Translations under genes and position numbers: made by a program
The notes under the pieces: model-generated
Databases searched by the model: none
Told to the model about the DNA's origin: nothing
What the model saw: only the letters and a program-made list of their open reading frames with translations
Shown: one piece after another, positions 25,505 through 37,900 of the stretch
Position numbering within the stretch: the stretch's first letter is position 1
Layout: each line of letters begins with the position of its first letter
Source: Amphiscolops sp. MND2022
Taxonomy: Eukaryota
Reading direction: 5' to 3'
NCBI GenBank assembly: GCA_964187785.1
Contig: OZ076411.1
Coordinates: 43,028,001-43,092,000 of the forward strand
Length of the DNA: 64,000 bases

Positions 25505-26347
25505 TACTGAATTCTAGCTTTTTTGTATAGATACTAAATGATATATCAATGTGGCTAGCAGTATTTTAGCAGGTACTTTTAATATAATTACACAATATCA
25601 TTATATAATGTCTGACCTCTAAGCTCACTCTACAAACATATTTTGAAAAAAAACAAGTGGCCCTATTTTTCGGCCTCAATGGTATATAATAACTGTAGTG
25701 TTATTCTAATTATTCAGTTCACTGCCTCAGTGATAATCAATTGCCCTTTTGTTACGCATCGTTTGAAAATCGGCTAGCGAATTCTATTGGTTTTGTTGGT
25801 TTGTTCTACTCTTCTGGCAAAGAATTGTTCGAGGTTCAGTGTATGCTAGCGTCGGTCAGTGTTGTACGATTTTTGCAATTGGGCGAATTTGGAAGTTTAG
25901 TGTAAACTGGGGTGAATAGAAGATGGGGTGAGTTGGTATATGCGAGCGGATTATAATTAAATGATCAATTACATGTAATCGCGACCTGTGGACAGCTTTC
26001 AAAGCGAATAAATGTAATCCTACTGTGTTTAGCGTGGACTCAGTGTATTATATTCAAACTTTCAAGCCTCTATTGAGTTGTATAAATAAACCAAATTTTG
26101 GTGTGCGGCATTTTCTTTCATTTAGTCATTTTAATTCCGAACTAATCTACAAATATACAACTCAGGTATGGACATATATTTATTAATTCTGAAAGCCAAT
26201 TTCACGCTCTTTCGAACTAAAACGGTTTCAAATAGATTGGAGTTGAATTTGGAAATTTTGAAAAGCAGGTTTTTTTGGTGTTTTAACATGGGGTAAGTTG
26301 GTCTATTGAAACTCGGATTGCAAAATAGTTTTCTTATAGCTTTCTGA

Positions 26348-27300
26348 ATGCCTCGAAATTATGTCAAGAAAACTGATCGCGGTTCTTATGGTCCTGAGCT
26401 ATTGGAAGAAGCTGTGAAATTGGTCAGGTCGAATGAAATACGTGTCTCAGATGCCGTTCGAGAATACAAAATACCCCGTACAACACTCGAACGCCATCTT
26501 CGATCTGCTGGGGTGGTTCCCTTATTAAAGACGGGAAGGCAACAATTTTTACGCAAGAGCAAGAAAATGTTCTCAAAGAAAGAATTCTTTATGTCGCTTG
26601 TCGGGGCTTACCGATAACAATATTTCAGTTACGTGAAATAGCACTACGATTTGCAAATACGTTAAGTCGCCGAAGAAAACTTCAGAAGCAAATACCAGAT
26701 GGTTGGAAAAATGAAGGAGCAGCCGGTTATGATTGGTGGGATTGTTTTCGGAAGCGTCACAGTTCGTTGGCTTTACGTGTGGCAGAAAATATATCAGCCG
26801 AAAGAGCCCAAGCCTTCAATAAAGATAGAGTTGATCGTTTTTTTTGCTGTTTTTGAAAACGTTTTGGTCAAAGTAGGCGCAACTGACAAGCCTGCTCTTA
26901 TTTATAATTGTGATGAAACAGGATTGTCTACAGTTCCTGCTAAGGGGCGGAAAGTTCTGGCTCAAAAAGGCCAAAAACAAGTGTCCCAATTACAGGTCGG
27001 CAAACGAGGAGTTCTAACAACTATTTTGCCATGTTGCAATGCCTGTGGTGATTTTATTCCGCCTTTTATAATTTTCAAAGGTCCCAATACACCCGACATC
27101 AAAGATTTCCCAGCCAGTACGGCTCTTCATGCGACCAAGAGTGGATACATCGATAAAGAAACATTTTTGGAATTTTGAAGCATTTTCAAAATTTCCGAAA
27201 CTCAGACGGAGCTTGTGTTCTGGTTTTGGATGGCCATGGGTCTCATTTTTTCAATTTCAGGTCACAACTCCTGAGAACTTGTCAGACAAACGAGAAAAGT
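26348..27300 (+). pseudogene. pogo/CENP-B-like transposase (psq-type HTH plus DDE_1)
   Basis: MPRNYVKK...AVKLVRS...AVREYKIPRTTLERH (HTH), YNCDETG, TILPCCNACGDFIPPFIIFKG, SGYIDKETF, VLVLDGHGSH; several frameshifts. Confidence 0.9.
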
Positions 27301-27628
27301 TTCGTGGAGATAAGAAACGAAGCGAATTGGCATAACAAAACAACGAACACTGTCCGAAACGATGTCAAAAAGCATTTAAACGGTCTACCATTGCTGCCGA
27401 ATCTTATTTTTGTTTTGTGTGCGAAGCAAATTTTGCTGAAAATTTGATTGACTTTCTACAATGCACCCTTTGCAAAGAATGGGTTTGTGAAATGTGCTTC
27501 GCCGTAAACTCATGTGCATTGTGTAATATGGTTGCATATTGAGTTCCGAATTTCTCAAACTTTTCCAGTTTGATGTTTCTATCACTCATGTTAACCGTTG
27601 AAACCAAAAATTGAAAGTTTCCAACTCA

Positions 27629-27828
27629 NNNNNNNNNNNNNNNNNNNNNNNNNNNNNNNNNNNNNNNNNNNNNNNNNNNNNNNNNNNNNNNNNNNNNNNN
27701 NNNNNNNNNNNNNNNNNNNNNNNNNNNNNNNNNNNNNNNNNNNNNNNNNNNNNNNNNNNNNNNNNNNNNNNNNNNNNNNNNNNNNNNNNNNNNNNNNNNN
27801 NNNNNNNNNNNNNNNNNNNNNNNNNNNN
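27629..27828. other. Assembly gap (200 N)
   Basis: Run of exactly 200 N. Confidence 1.
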
Positions 27829-28644
27829 AAATTATCGGGCAAAAATAATCTATATCAAGTGCTTAAATAGCTGAACCACTATAGCTGGATCGCAGACTTG
27901 TATTCCAACTCACCACAGTTTTTCCTATTTGAGATCTGTTTAGAGTGAGTCTGTTTCTTTTTGTCTTTTACCTCCCAATTCCGCTATTCACTTGTTTTTT
28001 CAATAATTTGCGTATTTGGTCGGTTTTGTTTGAAAGGTTTCCTAATTGCGACTAAAAGGGGTTTCAACTCTTTTCTGTTTCGGGGAGCTGATTTTTGTTA
28101 GTGTTTCATTTTTTGTCTTCGAAAGACTTCCTTCCGGATAAAATTTTTCTGTGAACGAGTCGTTCGTTTTTTTTTCAGTAATGCTCGATAAATACACGAG
28201 CTGATTGCGCGGCTCAAGAAGGGCGTAAATAAGCATGCGATCAAAAACTGTATACACATGAACTCAGAAAAGGTACCTACTCAAAAGAAGGCATGTTTTT
28301 TGGGTAGCTTTGAAACAGAACTGTGAATCATTGCTGAGACTTAAATCCGTTTAAAGGCAGCCAACACGTTTTACATATCGCGTTAAGCCTCTTTTGAGGT
28401 GAATTCGTATATGCTTATAATCCTTAAAACAGCAAGTCACATCAATTTGCAATTTCCAAAAATTAAGAAATATCTTAACAAAATGAAGAATGTTTTTTAC
28501 ATCTATTTTATAGAATACTTCCATAAATTCTACTAATATAAAAACGATAATCAATTTCGGCATTAAGTTATTCACCAGGTTGAATGCTTCTGTTTCACCT
28601 AATGGTTTTGTATTTTTCCGCGCAATATCCTTGCTGATATCAAA

Positions 28645-28936
28645 TTAAGAGTCTTTTGTGGGTCCAATTTCGCCCCCACACGCACTTGGTTCCTCTGTTG
28701 TTTCTAGTTTAATCTGATTGGTTGAATCTGCCTGGAGACTTTGTTGCAGACTGGACAAAGAGGTGGCTGGTTGCCCCACGAGGTGCGAGGCTGTGGTGGT
28801 TAAGCCGCCCATCTGCGGGAAGGGAAAGAGCGGAGAAGCTGTGTTCTGAAGCAGAAACTGTGACGCTGCTTGGTGGGCGTTGGCAAACAGATTTGTGGGT
28901 GCCACGGCGCATGGGTTGAAAGTCGTGAAAGTTGAA
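28645..28936 (-). CDS. rx: Rx coding exon 5 (terminal)
   Basis: Acceptor tttttttcag at 28937, phase matches exon 4; open to TAA at 28645-28647. Confidence 0.85.
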
Positions 28937-31900
28937 CTGAAAAAAAAACGGAAAAAATCAAAGCGATGTTTTTGGATGACAAAACTGGGTCCTGTAGTTT
29001 TGCCTAGTTACTTTGAAAAGGAGGGCAATAAAACCTAAGTGAATAAATCAATCATCGTATTCGTTGAAGTTCTTTTTTGATCAGTTTCCGATATAAATCT
29101 CTATGGTTCAAAAATTCAATTCAATTTAGAGCGTAATTGAAACTTGTTGCAGTCAACTTCATTTTACTCACCCAGGGGTTGGTGAGCCCCCGGGGTTGAT
29201 GGTAGCTGCTGCAGCTGCTGCGGCCGCTGCTGCGAAGGGGAAATTGAGCAGACTGGCGGGTGAGAACAGGGGAATGCTTCCCGTGAGCCAGTTATCCAGG
29301 GGTGTCGGCATCTTGTTCACAGACGAGGCACTCCTTAGAGACGCCAAAGGGAAATCCGCGTTGAGTTTCAGTTGGTTCTGTTCCAGTTTCTCTTGACGCC
29401 TCCATTTGGCTCGGCGGTTTTGGAACCAGACCTACAACACAAATTGAATATTGTTTTTTTTTCAGTTCGACCTTCTTCGCTTTGCTTCGCTTCTGCCTTC
29501 AGGGAGCTTTAGGTATGGCACATCACTAATGAAATTCTAAGCTGTTTCGCTGAATCCTAGAGCAAGTCACAATTGGATCCTAGATAATTTTGCAAACTTT
29601 TCGATCGTGCATTATTCCATTCGCAGCTTTGTGGTCTGGAGGAAAACCAAGAAAAAACTAGTCACTGTTAATAGTCGGGAACATTTTATTACAAAATGCG
29701 CTGACTGAAAACCGTTTTAAAGGAAAATTGCTGGACTTATTGGTCAATCACTAAAATTGAGGAACGCAAGAAAATTGGAAAATTAAAAGATAACAAAAAG
29801 CGTTTTTCATGATTAGTAACAGTCTGTGAACAGTTTTATTCTTCCAAGCATATTCAAAAAGCATTGCTGATTGGCTAGAGATAATAGCGATGCTTTTTTG
29901 AAAATTGGGTATTTTTGCTGATTTGAAGTCTTTGAAAAAGAGTTATTAAATGATGAGAAAAGGATTGTTTTCATTAGCCCAGAGTGGTTTGAAAGTGCAA
30001 TTTTCAATGACTGACTGTGGTGTTTAGAGATTGAATTAGTGGCACTTAAGTTTATTACGCTGTAATTGCAACAGTGGGGCAAGACAAATCTCACAAAAAA
30101 TACATATTCCCCCCAATTATGGTAAATTGGTGTTTCACAGGTGGATAAATTTTCAAACATTTTCAGTTTACTTTTTTCAGCGGAAACCACCGGGGTGTGA
30201 AATGTTGAATATGCTCGTTTCTTTGATTGCTTTTAAGCTAACAATTCTAACCATGGAAAATGACAACATTGACCGGCGAAGCATGAAATTTTGTCAAAAC
30301 ATAAAACCCAATTTTTTTAATGCATTCCACTTAATTCATGACATTAGGGCAATTTTAATTGAAAAAGACGGTGCAAAACAAACAAGAAATGCAGGTTGAA
30401 AATAGAAGAAAATTAATGTTTCCCTCGAATTGGTCTTCAAAAAGAGAAAGAAATAAAGGTTGCTTTTGATTTCATGAAGTGACAAAAAATTTCGATCGCA
30501 CATTTTGATTGAGGGACACCTTGTATTTATTCGTCGTGAATAGCGAAAGTGGACAATTTTCAAATTTACTAAAAATATCAGTTTCTCTTAAACTTCAAAG
30601 TAACTATTTTCGTAAAGGTCCGTCCTAAGTAGGATCAATCAGTTATGACTAAATATGTTAGGTACTAGTGGAGAATGGAATTTGCTACAATATTCCGTGC
30701 ATGTGGATAGTTTTCAGAGACTTGAAATTTTATGCTTTTGAATTTACAGCCCCATTTTTGTGAGAATGTTGAACGCGAGTGAAAGTTATGTAATTTTACT
30801 TTTATCCAGTTCAAGGAGTGCCAACCTCCATACGTGTTCCGTCATGATGATTTGAAACTTTCAAAATAATAATGTATGATCTTCGTTTTCAAATGCTCAA
30901 GATTTCTACCTCTTCTTTCAAAAAGCCATTGTTTTTTGCATCATACGGGTGGTTCTTTTGTCCAAATTTTTGCATTTTTTCAATGTTATTACACAAAACC
31001 AGACTAAGAAATATGACAGACAGAGAAGACCGGTGAGATGGTGGTTAATAATTAAGAGAAAGAGAGGAGCAAGGATACATGCAGGAAAATTGTAAAAAAA
31101 AATAAAAAGGAGAGATTAAAAGGCAAGAAGCAGTGTCCGTGGTTAAGGTTAACTGTTAACTAAAAGTGGGGTGATATATAGTGTATGTATAATTCTGCAT
31201 TGCTTATAGTGGAAGTGAAAGTATAAAAGGGTATATAGGTGGGGGTTGGCTGGTCGGTCGGATATAGGTGGGGGGGGGGGGGGGTGTAGAGGGGGTAGAG
31301 GTATGGAGTGGAATGTAAGAAGAGCAGGTCCGTATTTGCTGGGCAGGCGATTATCTTATCAGTTAAATCATTCTAAAAAGCTTTCAATTAGCACTAACTA
31401 GACTTGAATTAGACTCCTAAACGTCTATTAGGCGCACACATCCCTCAGGGCTAGAATCTAATCATATGAGCTGAATGGAAAATTTCCTTAACTAATTTTA
31501 TTAACTGACGAGGCAATTGAGCAGCGTTCTTGTCGACTTTGAATTAACCAACCTATACAACATCCGTTGGCCAGCTCAGTGCCCTGATTTTGTCTGATTA
31601 TCTTCTTAGACATCTGCTTATCCCAATTTGCTTCACCCCGCTCTGCTTAATTGTCCCCTCAGTTGAAAACAAGCTGGGCCTCCCTCCACTAACTAGGTAC
31701 ATGCGAATTAAACATCTTTCAATTACCAAAACTTTTCAGCGCAAAATGAGAAAGCGAAGAAAGTCATTCAGTAGTTCACACTTTTTAGACTTACACCGCA
31801 GACCACTGACAAATTGCAAACAATTGTTTAACTAATGCGTTTGATTGGCGCTAAACTGACTAATCTACACTTGTGAGAGACGCTGACACCTAAGGTGTGA

Positions 31901-34900
31901 AGAAATTGCCAGAGAGATGCTAACAAATAGTAGTTAGTCAACAATAACCCCCCCCCCCGGATGCACAAGAAATCAGCTGATCATCAATGAAAAATGTTTT
32001 CTCCGGGTAGGCGCAATTTCCGCCTTTTCATTCAATTAATTAGGAAGCGGCTTTCGCGAATCTCCACAAATCATTAACAAGTAGCGTTGGTGAAAAGCAT
32101 AAATTAGCATCATTAGATTGAATTGTGAAAAGATATTGATAAAATTTAGGAAATTAGCTTTTGCTATTGGCTTGCTTGATGTGCAAAACAAGCTAACTGA
32201 TGCCTCATTAAACACTGTCACCTTAAAATTTGAAAAAAAGTCCATTTCTTCAATGGATATTTATTGATCCAGCTGTAAAACCATGCCTCGCGTGCCGTTA
32301 CTAATGGACACTGATTGATTTTTGTTGTTATTCAAAGACATTTCATAAAAATATTTTCAATTTCGCTGTTTTAATTTTAATAACTTTCCTTGTTTATAGC
32401 AACAATTTTAGGGACAAAATTTTTTTTAATTGTGGCAAAAAAGTAAAAGCTCTCATGAGTCGCCAAGACTTTGGATCCTACAGAGCGAATACAATTTACA
32501 TTGAGGGATAGAATAGTTTAATATTTATGTTTGGATTTGCCTAATTTATAAGAAAGCTAAAAAATTATGAAAAAAAATTACTGGAATCAAAAGTTGTTCA
32601 ATCTGAAAAGCAAGTTGATGGGTTGAAGCAATTTAATATTGAGCTCCCAAACGAATCAATGCGCCATAAAAAAAATTATGCCCTTCGCCAAAGGCGTTAT
32701 TTTGCTAAAAATTTAAGGGACATTTCGTTTTTAAAAAATCAGAAATAAAGTGGCGTAGTTCCGAAAAAAACAATAGTTTCTTCTCTACATTTGGCAGCAG
32801 TAAAAAGTTTTGATTTTGGTTTAGTGCGGGACTCGATCCCACAGAGAGCAACACATTCACCTTTGTGGTAAAACAGAGCTAAGCCCAAGGCCTTAAAAAG
32901 TTATGACAGAAACGCGTGGCAGAAAAAGCTCTCTGGCTACCCGGGTTGGAAATCAACCGCAGTCCACCGGTGGTCACCGATGTTCCACCGAAGCCCCACC
33001 GGTGGACCACTGCGGTGGCATCCGCAGATTTTGCGGTGGCCACCGGTGGAGGTACTCACAGTCCCACCGGTGGCCCACCGGAGATTCCACCGGTGGTCAC
33101 CGATTGTTCTACCGATGGTACAAGGATGATGCAGGTCCAGCAAAAATTGGCAAAAGTTCAACAGAATTATAGAGCAAAAATTAAAAAGGCGCAAATTTCA
33201 CGGAACCATGGGACTCAAATCTACTCTTCAATACAATTGAGATCTATATTTGGATACATCAAAATCAATAAATGATGAAAATAATTTGACTATAAAATCT
33301 ATTTTTTGGTGGAGAAATTAACAAAAATACCCCCAAAATTGTGAAAATCCTACCTATCTAGCAGCTGCAGGATACGCGGTGCCGAAAAGCGTCCTTAATG
33401 CTACCCGGGCCATCAAGGTAACCCTCAGAAATCAATAAGTAACAATATAACAGTAAAAACATGCATAAAACCCAAAAAAGAATGACCGCCAAAATTTGAC
33501 ACACTGAAATTTGAGTTATTCGAATTGTTCAAAAAAAAGTTTCACCGGTGGCCATTTTTTTGGCACATTTTCCAAGGAGAAATCGAGAAGAAATTCAATA
33601 GGAGAAATGTGTGTTTGAGTGTTAAAATTAGGTTCGTTGCATACCACAGTTGAAATTGCTCGCTTTTTTAAACATTTTTCTAGGTTTCGAAGCACTTGTT
33701 CCATAATTTTTAAAACTCTGATGGGAGAATTAGAATTGAAATATTTTCGAAAAATCGAAAAAAATGAGTATTTTAAAACAGTCTCAAAGTGCCGAAAAGC
33801 TTAAACGGGGAGACCCTTTGAGCTCTTTGAAACTTGAGTTTGCTGCAAAATATCAAAAAACTTGAAGGGATGAAACTTTGGAGACAAAAAAAATTCGAAA
33901 AAAAGTCGCACAGAGCAGAAAAAAAAATTCAAAGAGGGCCCTATAGTCTCGTCCGGTTTTGTATCTTACGTTAAAAATGGAGTAAATGAAAGTGAGAACC
34001 CTTTGCACTAAGTGAGATGCGTTTCCGCTTGCCGGTCCAGTAGTTTAGTATTTCTGTGAAAAGTGTCCACCCGCTACACATACATTCTGTTATCTGACGG
34101 AAAAAAACTTGCCACTGTATTGATCGGGTTTTTTCCTTAAAAGGAAAATACGCCGCCTAAAAAGAGGTACAGAGGCACAGCAACTATTTTTGTGTGCAGT
34201 TACAAGACATCCTGAAGAAATAATCGGACACTTTCAAACCTCAACTAATCAAAACGAGCCAGGACAGCCCAAGCCGGCGCCCCGCTGAAGTTTCTCGGAC
34301 GTGCAAAGGGCACTATTCTTTAACTTTTATCAATTTCTCAGATCCAAAAAATACCCCGAGACATACGCATAAAACTCGGAAACCACTTTTCCTCAACTCG
34401 AAACACAAAAAAAAAATCTTTTTTTTTGAATTTTTTTTCCAAATTTTCTTGGAAAATCTTTCAGCTCGCAAAACTATTTTTTCTGAAGCCGAAAAAAAAG
34501 CTGTGAATGCGACGGGTACCTTTTTCCAAATGAAAGTTTCGAAGGAAAAACGCACAGAGGTAAAAAAATCTTTTAAAAATGTGTTTTCCACAAGAAAACG
34601 TCTCAATTCGATAATATCAAAAAGAAGACTCGGGAAACTATTTTCCTTAACAGAAAACATCAAAAAACCAATAATAGTAAAAACATATTTCGAATATTAT
34701 TTCCAGTTTTTTTTACCTTACCGTCTTGTAAAAAAAGTTTCGAATATTCTTTATAGAATTTTTTCTCTGCCGAAAATTGGGGGACGGAATTGATGTTTGG
34801 AAAAAAAAATTTTAAAGACGCATAGTGCCGAAACAAATTCCAAAGGGGGATCCTTTGGTCTTCCCTTACTTTTGCAAAAATAAAAAATGTTTGGTTTAGT

Positions 34901-37900
34901 GCGAGACTCGAACCCACGTACCTCTGCTTTACGAATTCCGCTTTAACCACTAGGTCAAGTGGCAGTGAGCAGTTACTTGAGAAATTGAAGCACTTTTGGT
35001 AGCACTTTCATGGACAGTTCAGGTGTATATAAAAACTGGCGAAAAGCCAAGACTAATCGTTCTTTCTAAAAACAGCGCTGTAATCGACTAATCTCAATTA
35101 AATTAGCCCTTAGTGGAATGCGATCGTTTGCTTTGAAAGCACACCTACTAACCACTGGACTAAGGGAACAAAAAGTTCCGGCAAATAATTTTAGTAAAAT
35201 ATTGCAATAAATTGTGTTTTTCATTTGGCACGGCTGTAAGCTGGCTGTGCGACTAAATTATCTTGAGTATGGTGATATTTAAAACATCAAATTGGTCCAA
35301 TTTTTGTTCAATTTTCTGAAAATGTTGCTGGAAAAGTTGCGTCATATTGTAACATCATTTTTTGTTCAATTTTTTTTAGTTTGAGATTTGTGTAAAAGTT
35401 GCGTATGAATCACGACAGGAATAGACCGCCTAGATAATTAATGTCGCCACAATTTCTCGACTTAGTTTGAGATTTTATATGCTCCTCACAAACCCATGGG
35501 ATCGGATCAGCTAATGCACAATCTTTGTTTTCAACAACGTTCAAAACACGTGATGTTTTGGTAAATTATCTTATTAAGTCTTTCACTCCGTACCTTGAGT
35601 GATCCAGTGACGTCATGAGGATGTGATTTTCAACGTTTTTGTCTAAACGTCTGGGTAACTACTTACACTCACAGTAGTAACTTCTGTTCAAGATGTTTGG
35701 CAAATTAACGGCTTTTATTTCGTCATCACGTTACTTATGTTTTCGTCTCCTAAAGTAACCGAAAAACGAATGAAACGATTGAAACGTATTTTACTCCGAG
35801 CAAATCCTTGACACTGAGCAAGTTTGACTGAAGGAAAGATTTTATACTAAAGCTAGAATAGATTTTTATTACGCTAAAACCCTGTTTAATTTTCCACCGG
35901 TCTGAAGCTAAACTGTTTGCAATTTGAATTCTTGAGAAAAGAGGATTAGGTTTTTTGCCAAATGTTCCAGCCAAGAATAACATAGCATGATTGAATTTCC
36001 ATTTCTGAGTAGTTTTGGGAAAACGTAGCCGAACTAAATCGGATTGAATTGTATTGAAATTGATTGAATGGATAAAAAAAGTGAAAAATATACATTATTC
36101 CTAGAATAGCACTCCTTGAACGCAAAGGTGCCTGTTTGCTCATTTTTCGTATGCTGCTACAAGTCCCGTGAGAAAAAATTGGAAACTTACAAACCTCAAT
36201 TGTTTGAAAACGAAAAAGCAACGACATAATCTTAATCTAAACGCATCTGCAGACATGAATACTAGTTAGTGCATATATGAAGACAGGGCCCTAAAATAGC
36301 AGTTTGAAACTAATCGATTCCATCGCTTCACTTTCTCAAATTCGGAGGAAAGTCACTAGTTTGAATACACTGCATTTTAATCGTTATATAAGTCGTGTCA
36401 GAAAACTGCTTTAGAAGATTAAATTTGGAAAGTTTGAAAACAAAAACGGCCCAACCCCATTTTTCGAAACAAGACAGAATAAATAGGGAATAACGTCAAC
36501 AATTCAAGTATAGCGCTTTTTTCATCGAAGTAGACATTATCGGAAATCATTATCCGACATTTCCACAGTTTAGATTGAAAGGACTCAGAAGCTTGACGCT
36601 GGTCTATTGCGAACTTCAAGGCCTGTAGACTATTTGGTGATCCACGAATTCAAAAAGAATCGTTCAGTAACAAAATCTCCGAAGGTGGACCATTTGGGGT
36701 TAAACAAGTTTTTGACTGAAAATTGAAAAGAAGGATTTTAGAAATTGAATCATTTCACAAAAATGGACCATTAAGCCAACTCCAACCGAAGACCCTGATC
36801 ATGTAGAGGGAAAGTTTGGAATGAAATTGGAACATGGAAAAGTTCTTTAATTGCCCGCGCGCAATTGAAGCACCGACTAAAAAACTAGAATTGTGAACTC
36901 AAAAAACTTATACAGTAGACTTCGTGTAATAACACCTTTGTGGGACCCGCCTATAATGTGTCATTATACGAAGTGTGCTTTTATCCGGAGTTTGGAAAAA
37001 TGCATTCTAATACTAAATTTCTAAATCATTACTGAAATTTAAATGCATTCTAGTACTAAATTTCTAAATTATAAATGAAAATTGAATGCATTCTAAAACT
37101 AAAGTTCTAACTCATAACTGAACTTTAAATGCATTCTAACACTAAATTTCTAAAACATATATGAAATTTAATCCATTTAAAACAGTCTGTAACTTGTGCT
37201 TGCTTCCGCTTTGTAGACTTGAGCTCATTTTTTGATTCTAGTAATCGAAAGTGTCAAGTTACTCGTGTGAAAGTTGTTCATTGATGCAGAATAGTCACAA
37301 TTTTTGAAGCATTTACAAAATTTCACTGCATTTATCTTCCTCCTATTCTCTGAATTTATCTTCCTCGTCATTTTCTTAACTTCTGCGCAAGTTTCGGCAT
37401 CAGTGAGATCCCCATTCAATATTTTATCATTTTTGCCTTATCAGATTTGCTCTATTTTAGAAATTGTGTGGGATAGATAATTGAGAGCCTCGATTCAGCA
37501 GCTGGCAGATCGGCTGAAGTTTTTTCACCGTGTATTTTTGTGAAATTAAAGTTGTTTCGCTTCTTAAAACGCTCTATCAATGAAATTGTTGGCATGAGGT
37601 CGTCGTCAAAAATTTCCTTGCAATTGATTGGATTTTCACGAAAAATTGTACCACATATAGGGATATTTTTAGCCCTTGATTGTTTAAACCAACTCATCAA
37701 ATTTTTTTCAAAAATGCTCCTTCTGTTTTACGTTGTCTTTTCTGATTTAGATTTTTATTTGATTCAGCAATGGAAATAATTTCAATTTTCTGGCAGTTTT
37801 TTATTCTTGTAACTGTAAGGCCTTCAATGTTGAACTCCTTGGCAAGATCAGATTGGCTTCGTCCAGGATCTAAACCTTTGATAATTGCATTTTCTGAAAA

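Larger units (their letters stand above)
25900..27928 (+). mobile_element. pogo-type (DDE_1) DNA transposon, degenerate, spanning the assembly gap
   Basis: Left end gtaaactggggtgaa / tggggtgagttgg repeats (25901-25937, 26286); inverted copies ccaactca at 27621 and ccaactcaccacagttttt at ~27905; transposase remnants between. Confidence 0.75.

Noticed and set aside
27591-27874. ORFs crossing the N run
   Set aside because: Artefacts of translating Ns.
32903-33275. Overlapping ORFs on both strands
   Set aside because: Stop-free only because of GC-rich CCACCGGTGG repeats.
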